Assembly (NCBI GenBank): GCA_963667085.2
Contig: OY762975.1
Span: 2,480,221 to 2,544,220 of the forward strand
Source of the DNA: Acidimicrobiales bacterium
GTDB lineage: Bacteria > Actinomycetota > Acidimicrobiia > Acidimicrobiales > Bin134
Direction of reading: 5' to 3'
Length of the DNA: 64,000 bases
The notes under the pieces were generated by a model, which was given only the letters and a program-made list of their open reading frames with translations, was not told the DNA's origin and searched no databases. Below are positions 1 to 11,482 of this stretch, piece by piece. Each line of letters starts with the position of its first letter. Positions within the stretch are counted from its first letter, which is position 1. Position numbers and translations under genes: made by a program.

Positions 1-421
1 CGGCATCCTTCTTGTAGCCGAAGCTCTTCTCCACCTTGGTGACCTGGCCGTCCTTGTCGGTCATCGTCACCCATCCCATCCACATGGCGACGTCGCCGTC
101 TATGAAGCTTGCCGCGGTCTCTGACTGGACCTCTTGCCATCCGTTGAGTCCGAACCCGCCGTCAAGGGGATACTCCGGGTCGTGGCCGACGAAATAGGAC
201 AGCGCTCCCCGTTTGGTGGGCCGGAACGTCTGCTCGCCGCTCGCCATGGTCGGCTTGAACAGCACCGGCCCCAAGTCGTACCCGTACACCTCATCCAGGA
301 CGCGAGAAGCGACCGCACGGGCATCATCGATCCCGTCTGCTTCGTAGGCTCGTGCAATTGCGACCAGTCCTAGTCCCCACGCCCTTCGGGCCGCCGTCAA
401 CTCAGATTCTGCGATTGGCAC
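1..421 (-). CDS. NTF2-fold (DUF4440/SnoaL/CaMKII-AD-like) protein, C-terminus cut by window edge
   Basis: Absent from the ORF track because it runs off the window. My translation of the minus frame reads ...SELTAARRAWGLGLVAIARAYEADG...LFKPTMASGEQTFRPTKRGALSYFVGHDPEYPLDGGFGLNGWQEVQSETAASFIDGDVAMWMGWVTMTDKDGQVTKVEKSFGYKKDA. The upstream in-frame stop is at 437-439; GTG 421 or ATG 247 are possible starts. The family call is tentative. Confidence 0.45.
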   Translation of the reverse strand, partial: MPIAESELTAARRAWGLGLVAIARAYEADGIDDARAVASRVLDEVYGYDLGPVLFKPTMASGEQTFRPTKRGALSYFVGHDPEYPLDGGFGLNGWQEVQSETAASFIDGDVAMWMGWVTMTDKDGQVTKVEKSFGYKKDA

Positions 422-624
422 GGCACGCTTCAGTGATCATTGTCGGTCGCGTCGATGCTGATGAGGCTACCCGGACCCCCTAGGGGGAACCCACCCGCGT
501 CGCCGGCTGTCTTCCTCGGCGTTGAGGCCCGGGAGGCGCTTGGCTGATTGGTCTGCGATGCCCGCAAGGAGTGCCGGGAAGACGACCGTAGATCAGCGTT
601 TGCCGTCTATGGCACACTGGGGGC

Positions 625-1500
625 ATGTTTCGGGTCACGCAGTTTTCGGACCTTCACTTCAGTACCGAGCCGGAAGGTGAGCCGCGCAATACCGACGACA
701 CGTGGGATGTGGTGTTTGCCGACGCGTTTGATGCCGGAAAGCCGCTGCCCGATGTGGTGGTGCTTACCGGTGACATTGCGAATAACGGCACTGAAGCCGA
801 GTACGCCAAGGTCGCTGGGAAGATGGCCCGCCTCCCGGTTCCCGCTGTCGTGTGCATTGGCAATCACGACAAGCAGGCGCCATTCGATGCTGTATTGCCG
901 AGGCCGGGGTTGAGCAACAGCCGCACCTTGCGGGGCGGGAACTGGCTGTTCTTGTTCGCCGACTCCAACTTGGCGGGGCGGGATCAGCGCCCCGACGGCT
1001 CGCTCGTGGACCGCGACGACCGGATCAAAGCAGACGGGCATTTTGGGGACCGCGAGCTGATGTGGATGGCTGAGACCGTCGAGCGGAGCGACGCGGAGCA
1101 TGCCTTCGTCTGGACCCACCATCCGCCGGGCGCCTATGGCTTCTTCCACAGCGGGGACTACGAAAAGGAGTTCGCCCGGCTGATCGACCTGGCTCCCACT
1201 ATCAAAGGGGTCGGTGCTGGCCACACGCACACCTACACGGTGGTGGATTGTGCCGGTCGCCCCGTCCACCAGTGCCCGTCGCTGTCGGTCAACGTCGATT
1301 TCGAGAGCTTCACCTCGCTCCCGCCCGGATACCGCACTTACGAGTTCTGCGACGATGGCTCGATCAACACCGAAGCGCATCTCGTGGGTGAAGACCGGTG
1401 GCCGAGCAGTGAGCTTCCCGAAATAGTCTGCCGCATGCTCCGCGGCGAGATCAGCTACTGGGACATGCAAGAGAGACGGCACGGTGCGCTTGCCCACTAG
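625..1500 (+). CDS. metallophosphoesterase (calcineurin-like, CpdA/GpdQ-like)
   Basis: 291-aa ORF with ordered motifs SDLHF (D-x-H), TGDIANNG (GD), GNHD, THHPP and GAGHTHT (GH-x-H). Paralog of 4091-4963. Confidence 0.85.
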   Translation: MFRVTQFSDLHFSTEPEGEPRNTDDTWDVVFADAFDAGKPLPDVVVLTGDIANNGTEAEYAKVAGKMARLPVPAVVCIGNHDKQAPFDAVLPRPGLSNSRTLRGGNWLFLFADSNLAGRDQRPDGSLVDRDDRIKADGHFGDRELMWMAETVERSDAEHAFVWTHHPPGAYGFFHSGDYEKEFARLIDLAPTIKGVGAGHTHTYTVVDCAGRPVHQCPSLSVNVDFESFTSLPPGYRTYEFCDDGSINTEAHLVGEDRWPSSELPEIVCRMLRGEISYWDMQERRHGALAH

Positions 1501-1544
1501 CCGTGACTCCGCGGATTGATCCAGCAGACGGCGAGGGGGAAGCA

Positions 1545-3002
1545 ATGCGTCGATGGAAATGGCTGGCCCTAGTAGTTGTGGTGGCGCTGTTGCTTGCGGG
1601 GTGCGGTGGGGATTCAGACGGGTCTCAGCCCGATTCGGCGATTGCGAGCGAGCCGACGGCGGCACCTGAGTCCACGACCGTCCCTGATCAGGACAGTGCC
1701 GCCCCAGAGGACGCGGGCGATTCGGCCACTGCCGACGGAGACACTGAGCAGAGCAGCACGGCCGAGAGTGGAACTTCTGAGGAGAGCACCTCCTCCGCGG
1801 ACGGCGATTCTGAGGAAAGCGATGCCGTAGAGAGCGAAGAGGCCGATGTTGAGATTGTCGAGCTGACGGCGACTGCTCGGGGCGTGACCGCGGACACGAT
1901 CACTTTGGGCGTTGCCATCACCGATGTGACCGTCTTTGCTGATGTGGGCGACATCCTGGCCCGGTACCAGCCGCTCGTCGATGCCACCAATGCTGCGGGT
2001 GGGATCAACGGGCGTCGGGTGGAGATCATCACCGAGCAGTGGGGCATCCTCGATTCGACGGCGTTCGAAGCGGCGTGCGTGGCCCTCACCGAAGACAACG
2101 AAGTGTTCTTGGTGCTCGGATTCCTCATCAGTGGCTGGGGCAACATTTTCTGCTACACCGACATCAACGAGACCATCGTCATCAACACCTCCGACTTGAA
2201 CCAGGAGGATCTTGAGGTCAGTGACGGGCGCTTGATCACCACCCGCCCGTACCAGTTCGGCTCACTGCTCGCCGGATTGGAACTGTTGAGGCCCGAACTT
2301 GAGGGCGCCAGGGTGGTCATCTACGGCGCCACTCCCGATGGGCGGATCGAAACTACCGAGGAACTGCTGCGCAGTTTCGGGGCCGAGATTCTCGAGGTCA
2401 CCAGACAACAGATCGGCGGGGAGGATCTAATCGCTGCCGAGGCCGAGATCGACATCCACGTCGAACGATGGCGGACGCGCAATCCCGACTGGATCATCAA
2501 CGTCGACGGCGCCGTGGCCGGAAGCCTGCAAGGACTTGAGCGGGCAGGACTGACCGACTGGAACATCGTCACCCCGGCCAACGATGCGCCTAGCAATAAC
2601 GCGATGGGCGCCGATCTGAGCGTGTTTTCCAATCTGATCGCCACCGGTGAGCCCGGCGCCGAAGAACTGGCCGCCCAAGGACTGTATGGGATCCCCGAGT
2701 GCTTCGAGATCATCAACGCGGCGACCGGTCAGGGCTTGGGGACATCCGGCAAAGCCGAAGACGCCCAAGCCGGGACCGCGATCGAGGTTTGCGCCGCGTG
2801 GGACGTCTTCGTGGCGCTGGCCACAGCCGCCGGGCCTAACCTCACCCCGGAGAGCTTCCTCCAGGCTGGTTACGACCTCGGTACATTCCCCATGACGGGG
2901 TCGCCCAGCGGGTCACTGTTGCCCGACAAGCCGTGGGTGTCCAACGCCCAGCCGGCGCTGTTCGTCTACGACGCGGAGTTGGATACCTTCGTTCCCCGCT
3001 GA
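1545..3002 (+). CDS. ABC-type substrate-binding lipoprotein (Leu/Ile/Val-binding-protein-like fold) with long acidic linker
   Basis: ORF 1503-3002. The ATG at 1545 gives the signal peptide MRRWKWLALVVVVALLLAGC with a lipobox (LAGC). About 86 aa of D/E/S/T-rich linker follow, then a periplasmic-binding-protein-like body. No permease or ATPase lies adjacent. Confidence 0.75.
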   Translation: MRRWKWLALVVVVALLLAGCGGDSDGSQPDSAIASEPTAAPESTTVPDQDSAAPEDAGDSATADGDTEQSSTAESGTSEESTSSADGDSEESDAVESEEADVEIVELTATARGVTADTITLGVAITDVTVFADVGDILARYQPLVDATNAAGGINGRRVEIITEQWGILDSTAFEAACVALTEDNEVFLVLGFLISGWGNIFCYTDINETIVINTSDLNQEDLEVSDGRLITTRPYQFGSLLAGLELLRPELEGARVVIYGATPDGRIETTEELLRSFGAEILEVTRQQIGGEDLIAAEAEIDIHVERWRTRNPDWIINVDGAVAGSLQGLERAGLTDWNIVTPANDAPSNNAMGADLSVFSNLIATGEPGAEELAAQGLYGIPECFEIINAATGQGLGTSGKAEDAQAGTAIEVCAAWDVFVALATAAGPNLTPESFLQAGYDLGTFPMTGSPSGSLLPDKPWVSNAQPALFVYDAELDTFVPR

Positions 3003-3025
3003 CGAGTGTCAGCCAGCGCTCGGGG

Positions 3026-4000
3026 TCAAATGGCCCGCTGAAAGCGTCGGGAACCGCCCTGTACCAGGGGCATGGCATCTTTGACGAACGCCGTCCAGTG
3101 CGGGTCGGCGATGGTGGTAGCCCGGAGGTCGCTGTAGGCGCTGAGGGAGTCGATCTGCCAGGTGGAGTGGACCTCGGCCTCGAGGTAGCCCTGATCCACG
3201 GTGCGCCAGCGATTCAGAAGGGGACAGCCCCCCTCAACCATGAACGGGTCGTAGTGACGCTCGAGCAGATCAACGTATGCGTCGGCGTCGGCTGCGGCGG
3301 TGCGAGCGGTGATGGTGTACAGCACTGGAGAGGTGTCGGGCGGCGGTTCGGGTGGCGACTGGTCGCCGACCGGTGAGAGCTCGAACGGACAGGTGAATAT
3401 CCTCAGAGAGCCCAGGTCGATGCCGAGGCCGGCAAAACCCTCAATACTCGAGCAGGCCATGCCGTCTGGCGTGCTCAGGTAGCGCTCCAGCTGGGCCATG
3501 TCGGCGAACGACTGCTCCCAGATATGGGTCCAGGGCCGGCCCTTGGCCGACACCCACCCCACGTCGTCGGCCCCGAAGGCCGATGCCGCCATGCCCTGAG
3601 GGTGCGCGGCGAGGGCTTCGAGCGCCGAACCGTCCGCGTCGGTGCCCGCGTTTACCAGCAGCACCCGGCGGATCCCGACTCGCACCTCCTGGGCGGCATC
3701 AAGTGTCGTGTAGCGCGTGGCGTAGGTGTTGTCAGTGATGCACTCTGGGCTGTCGGGCATGACGTAGTTGTCGATAGCCCCGATGTGGTAGGGGTGCACC
3801 ATATAGGGCCCCGAGTAGCTGGCCTCGTCGACGAAGGTGTTCTCCCAGATCACCGTGCCCGAGTCGAAGTCGACCCCGGCAGAGGAATCCAACAGGCCCG
3901 GTATGATGCGATCGGCGGCGCTCAGCACATCGATCATCTCCTGCACCTTCTCGTCGGGCACGCCGGGCATCAGCGGAAGGACGTAGAACCGCCTGATCAT
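3026..4000 (-). CDS. protein with three ferredoxin-like (Dabb/NIPSNAP-like) repeats
   Basis: ORF 3026-4123 trimmed to the internal ATG at 4000 (MIRRFYVLPLMPGVPDEKVQEM...), which removes the overlap with 4091-4963. There are three ~100-aa segments, each starting with a hydrophobic beta-strand plus helix as in stress-responsive alpha/beta-barrel proteins. The family call is tentative. Confidence 0.55.
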   Translation of the reverse strand: MIRRFYVLPLMPGVPDEKVQEMIDVLSAADRIIPGLLDSSAGVDFDSGTVIWENTFVDEASYSGPYMVHPYHIGAIDNYVMPDSPECITDNTYATRYTTLDAAQEVRVGIRRVLLVNAGTDADGSALEALAAHPQGMAASAFGADDVGWVSAKGRPWTHIWEQSFADMAQLERYLSTPDGMACSSIEGFAGLGIDLGSLRIFTCPFELSPVGDQSPPEPPPDTSPVLYTITARTAAADADAYVDLLERHYDPFMVEGGCPLLNRWRTVDQGYLEAEVHSTWQIDSLSAYSDLRATTIADPHWTAFVKDAMPLVQGGSRRFQRAI

Positions 4001-4090
4001 GTTCGTCACAGCCTTTGAACGTACTCGCTGCCAGATGGTTCCTGGAACACGATCGTGGCTCCGCGGTGACAGGTTTGCGATACTCAGGGG

Positions 4091-4963
4091 GTGTTTCGCG
4101 TCACTCAATTCTCGGATATGCACTTTTGTACCGACCCTGAGGCCGCGTCCCGAAATACAGATGACACTTGGGACGCGGTGTTCGCCGATGCATTCGATTC
4201 AGGTCGGCCGCTTCCCGATTTGGTGGTGATCACCGGCGACATTGCCGACAACGGCACCGAGGCCGAATACGAGAAGATCGGCGAGAAGCTTGGCCGCCTA
4301 CCGGTTCCCGCCATCGTGTGCACTGGCAATCACGACCGGCAGGTGCCGTTTGACGCCATTCTGCCCCGGCCCGGGATAAGCAACGGGCGCACGATGAGGG
4401 TCGGGAGCTGGTTGTTCCTATTCGCCGACTCCAATGCCGACGGGCGGGACCGACGGCCGGACGGCTCTCTGGTTGACCGCGACGACCGGACCCATGCCCA
4501 CGGCCGTTTCGGAGATGCTGAGGTGGCGTGGATCGCGGAGACCATCGGTCGGAGTGACGCTGATCATGCTTTCGTGTGGACCCACCATCCGCCGGGGGCA
4601 TTTGGCTTCTTCAGCAAGCCGGATCATGACGCAGAATTTGCCCGGCTGGTGGAAATGGCTCCCAAGATCGCTGGGGTCGGTGCCGGCCACACCCATACCA
4701 ACACCACCCATGAGTGCGGGGGGCGTCCCATCCATCAGTGCCCGTCGCTGTCGACAAACATCGACTATGGGAACTTCACCACGCTGGCGCCCGGATACCG
4801 CACCTATGAGTTCGCCGATGACGGATCGATCACCAGCGAAGCCCATCTCGTCGACGAAGACCGCTGGCCAAGCAGCCTGCTTTCCGAAATCTCACGGCGT
4901 ATGCTCCGCGGCGAGATCAGCTACGAGGAGATGAAGGCCCAACTGGCCGCCGAGCAGGCCTAA
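4091..4963 (+). CDS. metallophosphoesterase (paralog of 625-1500)
   Basis: 290-aa ORF with a GTG start and the same motif series (SDMHF, TGDIADNG, GNHD, THHPP, GAGHTHT). By eye it is about 70 percent identical to the 625-1500 product along the full length. Confidence 0.85.
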   Translation: MFRVTQFSDMHFCTDPEAASRNTDDTWDAVFADAFDSGRPLPDLVVITGDIADNGTEAEYEKIGEKLGRLPVPAIVCTGNHDRQVPFDAILPRPGISNGRTMRVGSWLFLFADSNADGRDRRPDGSLVDRDDRTHAHGRFGDAEVAWIAETIGRSDADHAFVWTHHPPGAFGFFSKPDHDAEFARLVEMAPKIAGVGAGHTHTNTTHECGGRPIHQCPSLSTNIDYGNFTTLAPGYRTYEFADDGSITSEAHLVDEDRWPSSLLSEISRRMLRGEISYEEMKAQLAAEQA

Positions 4964-5029
4964 CAGCACTTGGCTCCAGCCCGAAGGGCGCTTACCCTGA
5001 CGGCATCATCGAGACCATGAGGAGCAATA

Positions 5030-5923
5030 GTGGAGTTGACTGATAAGACCATCGTGGTGACGGGGCCAACGGGCATGGTGGGGCCGCCGTTGTGCAAGTC
5101 GTTGGCCGCAGACAATCGGGTGATCGCGTTGGCCCGCTTTTCCGACGATGATGCTCGGGCTGATCTTGAGGCGGGGGGAGTGGAGTGCATCGCCGTTGAC
5201 TTCGTCAATGCCGACTTCTCGGCGGTACCCCGAGATGTCGAAGTGGTGGTGAATCTGGCGGTGATCAAGACCGGCGACTGGAGAACTGATCTGGCCGTGT
5301 GCTCAGAGGCCACTGGCCATTTGATGAGCCACTTCCGCGACGCCGAGGCGTTCCTGCATTGCTCTTCGGGCGCGGTATATCAGCCCAACGGCGGCCAACC
5401 GTTTACCGAGGACAGCCCCCACGGCAACCATCACGCCCACATGATGCCGACCTATTCGATCTGCAAGATTGCCGCTGAGTCGGTTGCCCGTTTCGGGGCC
5501 CAGGAATTCGGATTGCCGACGGTCATCGCCCGGCTCAATGTGCCCTACGGCGACACCACGGGATGGCCTTTCTTCCATCTTCTGATGATGCGAGCGGGCA
5601 TGGATATCGAGATCCATACCGATGGCGCCCGCTACAACCTCATCCACGATGAGGACATCGCCGCCGACCTGCCCGTGCTGCTCGATCAGGCCTCGGTGCC
5701 CGCCACCACGCTCAACTGGGCCAGCCCTGGACTGGTCTCTGTTGCGGAATGGTGTGCGTTCATGGCCGAAGTCGACGGCTGCGACCCTGCCAAGATCGTT
5801 GAGTCCGATACCGCCATTCCCAGTACCGTCATGGACACCAGCCGCATCGAGGCCCTGCGTCCCGACCGCCTGGTGAGTTGGCAAGACGGCATCCGCCGCC
5901 TCGTGGAGAATCACCCAGCCTGA
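5030..5923 (+). CDS. NAD-dependent epimerase/dehydratase family protein
   Basis: 297-aa ORF with an N-terminal Rossmann motif IVVTGPTGMVGPPL and extended-SDR length and organisation. Confidence 0.8.
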   Translation: MELTDKTIVVTGPTGMVGPPLCKSLAADNRVIALARFSDDDARADLEAGGVECIAVDFVNADFSAVPRDVEVVVNLAVIKTGDWRTDLAVCSEATGHLMSHFRDAEAFLHCSSGAVYQPNGGQPFTEDSPHGNHHAHMMPTYSICKIAAESVARFGAQEFGLPTVIARLNVPYGDTTGWPFFHLLMMRAGMDIEIHTDGARYNLIHDEDIAADLPVLLDQASVPATTLNWASPGLVSVAEWCAFMAEVDGCDPAKIVESDTAIPSTVMDTSRIEALRPDRLVSWQDGIRRLVENHPA

Positions 5924-5960
5924 CTGAGTCTTTGCCAGCACCGGGCACTAAGTGAATTAG

Positions 5961-6003
5961 ATATTTACAAATATTGGAATAAGTCCAAAATTGATGGTAC
6001 GAT
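5961..6003 (+). promoter_or_regulatory. candidate furA promoter/operator: AT-rich palindrome ATATTT-AC-AAATAT plus TACGAT -10 hexamer
   Basis: The palindrome at 5961-5974 is the only strongly AT-rich patch in the area. TACGAT (TAnnnT) lies at 5998-6003, 6 nt before the furA ATG at 6010, and there is no Shine-Dalgarno. This suggests a leaderless transcript. Confidence 0.4.
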
Positions 6004-6009
6004 GACTCC

Positions 6010-6459
6010 ATGCCATCGAGCGATGTACCTGACCCGGCCGAACTGTTGCGCCAGCACGGGCTCCAAGTCACCGCCCAGCGCATCGCTGTCATCCGTGCCG
6101 TTTCTGCCTATCCCCACGGTACGGTGGATGACGTGGCCGAGGCGGTCCACGACGACATCGGGTCCATATCCCGCCAAGCGGTGTACGACTCGGTGGGGAT
6201 GCTGGCCGAGAAGGGCCTGATTCGCCGGATCCAGCCCGCGGGATCGCCGGCCCGCTACGAGGATCGGGTAGGCGACAACCACCACCATTTGATCTGCCGC
6301 ACCTGCGACCAGATGGTCGACGTCGACTGCGCGGTGGGCTACACCCCGTGTCTCACCGCAGCCGACGACTTCGGATACGAGATCGACGAGGCCGAGGTCA
6401 TCTATTGGGGCCGCTGCCCTGAATGCATGGTCGCCGATCCCCAGCCAGTCGTCCAATGA
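6010..6459 (+). CDS. furA: Fur-family transcriptional regulator (FurA/PerR-like)
   Basis: 149-aa ORF with a winged-helix N-terminus, an [17 protein letters not shown] ... GRCPEC metal-site pattern, and a position directly upstream of katG. Confidence 0.9.
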   Translation: MPSSDVPDPAELLRQHGLQVTAQRIAVIRAVSAYPHGTVDDVAEAVHDDIGSISRQAVYDSVGMLAEKGLIRRIQPAGSPARYEDRVGDNHHHLICRTCDQMVDVDCAVGYTPCLTAADDFGYEIDEAEVIYWGRCPECMVADPQPVVQ

Positions 6460-6498
6460 TCCATCCAACAACCAAACAACAACTCAAAGGAGAGTCCA

Positions 6499-8682
<2,184 letters not shown>

Positions 8683-8747
8683 GGCAATAAAGCACAGCCA
8701 CTACCCTGCGAGGCGCCTATCAGGTTTGCAGCCTTGGAGGAGGACCA

Positions 8748-9959
8748 GTGGTCGCCATCGAACCGGACATCTTGTCGCCGAAGTTTTTTGAGGATCCCAA
8801 CGCCGTCTTGGAGGTCATGCGGGAGGACTACCCCGTGGTGTACCACGAGGCCACCCAGGCCTGGCTCATCTCCCGCTATGACGACGTGGAGCGGGCCTTC
8901 AAGGACAAGGCCTTCACCTCCAAGAACTACGAATGGCAGCTCGAGCCGGTCCACGGCCGGACCATCCTCCAGATGGAGGGCCGCGACCACTCTGCGCATC
9001 GCAATCTGATCGCACCCGCTTTTCGAGGCAGCGAGCTGACGGCCAAGTTCGTACCGGTCATTGCAGCCAATGCCCGTGACCTCATCGACGGCTTCCGCAC
9101 CGACGGCAAGGTCGACTTGGTCGACCAGTTCACCATCCGCTTCCCGATCAACGTGATCGTCGACATGCTGGGACTGGACAAGTCAGACCACGAGCGGTTC
9201 CAGAAGTGGTACCACTCGATCATGATGTTCCTCAGCAACCTGACCGGTGACGAGGAGGTCATGGCCCAAGGGCTCCAGACCAAGGAGGAACTCGAGGCCT
9301 ACATGATGCCGATCATCGCCCAGCGGCGGGCCGATCCCGGCGACGACCTGCTCAGCACGCTGTGCACTGCGATCATCGACGGCGAGCAGATGACCGATCT
9401 GGAGATCAAGGCATTCGTGTCGCTGCTGTTGGTGGCCGGGGGAGAAACCACCGACAAGGCAATGTCCAACATGATGATGAATCTGATCGCCAACCCCGAT
9501 CAGCTCCAAGCGGTCCGCGACGACCGCAGCCTCATCGACAACGCGTTCGCCGAGACGCTGCGACACTCCCCGCCGGTGCAGATGATCATGCGCCAGCCCG
9601 AGGAGGACGTGGAGATGCGCGGCGTGACCATTCCGGCCGGCGCCACGGTGACCTGCCTCATCGCTGGGGCCAACCGCGACCCCCGCCACTACGCCGACCC
9701 CGACAAGTTCGACATCTTCCGCGATGACCTTGACGTGTCCAAGGCGTTCTCGGGGGCGGCCAACCACACGGGCTTCTGCTTGGGACGCCACTTCTGCATC
9801 GGGGCCATGCTGGCCAAGACCGAGGTGGACATCGCCACCAACCAGCTGCTCGACGCCATGGACGACGTCGCCTTCGATGGCGTGGCGCCCACCCCCGAGG
9901 GCGTCTTCACCCGGGCACCCAAGTCCATGCCCCTCACGTTCACGCCAACCGGTCCCTGA
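8748..9959 (+). CDS. cytochrome P450
   Basis: 403 aa with I-helix LLVAGGETT, ExxR (ETLRH) and the Cys-ligand loop FCLGRHFCIGAMLA. SD ggaggagg lies upstream of the GTG. Confidence 0.9.
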   Translation: MVAIEPDILSPKFFEDPNAVLEVMREDYPVVYHEATQAWLISRYDDVERAFKDKAFTSKNYEWQLEPVHGRTILQMEGRDHSAHRNLIAPAFRGSELTAKFVPVIAANARDLIDGFRTDGKVDLVDQFTIRFPINVIVDMLGLDKSDHERFQKWYHSIMMFLSNLTGDEEVMAQGLQTKEELEAYMMPIIAQRRADPGDDLLSTLCTAIIDGEQMTDLEIKAFVSLLLVAGGETTDKAMSNMMMNLIANPDQLQAVRDDRSLIDNAFAETLRHSPPVQMIMRQPEEDVEMRGVTIPAGATVTCLIAGANRDPRHYADPDKFDIFRDDLDVSKAFSGAANHTGFCLGRHFCIGAMLAKTEVDIATNQLLDAMDDVAFDGVAPTPEGVFTRAPKSMPLTFTPTGP

Positions 9960-9987
9960 GTATCCCGCGCCGTCGGGGCAGATATAA

Positions 9988-11358
9988 CTAAGCGTTCTTG
10001 CCCAGCGTTGTGGCGGGACTGGGGGTCTCGCCCTGGAGTTGACGGCGACGTTCAAAGAGTTCTTCGGCCGCGGCTTGGGCATTGGCAGCAACTTCTTGAA
10101 CATCGACGGAGATCACCTCGCCATCCGCCACCAACTGCTGCCCTTGGACCCAGACATTGGCCACGTCGTGTGAGGACGCGGTGAACACCAGATGGGCGGC
10201 GATGTTGAAGTCGTCTCCGTGCATGACCGGCACAAAGTGCAGCGCACCCAGGTCCACGGTGACGATGTCGGCGTCCTTGCCTACTTCCAGTGACCCGGTC
10301 ACATCGTCGAGGCCGAGTGCCCGCGCGCCGGACAGGGTGGCCATGTCCAGAATGTCCCAAGGGTCGCCGGATGTGGGGTCGAGGGTGCTCACCTTCTGAA
10401 GCAACGAGGCGAATTTCATCTCCTCGAGCATGTCGAGGTTGTTGTTCTCCTTCTCTCCGTCGGTGCCCAAAGCAACCGTCATGCCTTGCTGGCGGTAGAA
10501 GCCGATGCGGGCCGGGCCCGAAGACAGCTTCATGTTTGAACACGGGCAATGGGTGACGCTGGTGCCGGTTTGCACCATCAGCTGCACCTCCCGGTCGTCG
10601 AGCCACACGCCGTGGGCAATCACGCTGTTTTCTCCCAGGATGCCCCGGTTGTAGAACTCCTCGATGGGGCGGCGGCCGAATTGGCGGAGGCACTCCTGCA
10701 CCTCCCAGATGGACTCCGACGAATGGGTGTGGATCCCAGTGCCAAACTCCTCGGCCAGATCAGCGGCCTGGCGGAACATCTCCGGCGAGCAATAGAAGAT
10801 GTGCTCCAATCCCACCCAGGTGCGAACCCGTCCATTGGCGGCGGTCAGATGGGTCTCCAGCAACCGCCGATTGGTCTCCAGAGTCTCGAAGTAGTCGTAC
10901 AAGTCGGCGGTGTAGGGGGCCAGCGTGGCCCGAATGCCGATTGCCTCCGCGGCCCGGGCCGAGCCCTCCATGTGCCGCCACATATCCAGCACCGATGTGG
11001 TGCCGCCGCGCAGTCCCTCGGTGTAGGCCATCCACGACGCGGCTTCGGCGATTTCCTGGGTCAGCGCCCGATGAGCCGGATCAATGTGGTCCTCCAGCCA
11101 TTCCCACAGCGCCAGCGACTCCGCAGTTCCCCGCAGCAGGCCGGAATGAAGGTGGCAATTGTGAAAGCCTGGAACCACCGCGTGCCCAGTTGCATCAATG
11201 GTGTCGACGTTCGCCGCCGCGGGATGCTCATCTACCTCGGCCACGCTGCCAACCAGTTCGATTTCGCCGTCGATCACCAACACTGATCCCGGATCGAATA
11301 CGACCTTGGATCCCTCCATGGGGAGCACCGTTCCGCCGCGCAACAAGAAACTGGTCAC
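9988..11358 (-). CDS. amidohydrolase, COG0402-type deaminase (MTA/SAH-, guanine- or chlorohydrolase-like)
   Basis: 456 aa with N-terminal LLRGGTVLPM, HxH metal motif VPGFHNCHLHSG, and later HTHSSES and GTDG motifs. Confidence 0.85.
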   Translation of the reverse strand: MTSFLLRGGTVLPMEGSKVVFDPGSVLVIDGEIELVGSVAEVDEHPAAANVDTIDATGHAVVPGFHNCHLHSGLLRGTAESLALWEWLEDHIDPAHRALTQEIAEAASWMAYTEGLRGGTTSVLDMWRHMEGSARAAEAIGIRATLAPYTADLYDYFETLETNRRLLETHLTAANGRVRTWVGLEHIFYCSPEMFRQAADLAEEFGTGIHTHSSESIWEVQECLRQFGRRPIEEFYNRGILGENSVIAHGVWLDDREVQLMVQTGTSVTHCPCSNMKLSSGPARIGFYRQQGMTVALGTDGEKENNNLDMLEEMKFASLLQKVSTLDPTSGDPWDILDMATLSGARALGLDDVTGSLEVGKDADIVTVDLGALHFVPVMHGDDFNIAAHLVFTASSHDVANVWVQGQQLVADGEVISVDVQEVAANAQAAAEELFERRRQLQGETPSPATTLGKNA

Positions 11359-11470
11359 CGTGCCTGCCTTTCAGAGCCGCATCTGCGGATCACGGTAGTG
11401 GCTTCACTTCGGCTGGCGCGTCGGCGGCTGCATACTGGGCACTTCGCTGCCTGCGGCGGTTCTTGGGGGC

Positions 11471-11476
11471 TAGCGT
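11471..11476 (+). promoter_or_regulatory. candidate -10 hexamer TAGCGT for a leaderless ade transcript
   Basis: A TAnnnT hexamer lies 6 nt upstream of the ATG at 11483, with no SD between them. The geometry matches furA. Confidence 0.3.
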
Positions 11477-11482
11477 CTGTTC

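Noticed and set aside
476-487. Perfect 12-bp palindrome CCCCCTAGGGGG in the divergent intergenic region
   Set aside because: It is a single occurrence with no second copy or associated motif that I could find in the window. It could be a regulator site, but there is no supporting evidence.
607-1665. 352-aa minus-strand ORF overlapping the first metallophosphoesterase
   Set aside because: It is antisense to a gene with a complete ordered metallophosphoesterase motif set, and it has no recognisable motif of its own.
9183-10103. 306-aa minus-strand ORF spanning the P450 3-prime half and the start of the neighbouring amidohydrolase region
   Set aside because: It is antisense to the P450, which includes a Cys-ligand loop, and it has no motifs.
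11359-11482. Possible purine riboswitch or regulator site upstream of the adenine deaminase operon (also checked 22021-22126)
   Set aside because: I could not recognise the conserved purine-riboswitch core or a convincing multi-stem structure. Only a weak 5-bp hairpin, CCGCA-TC-TGCGG, is present.
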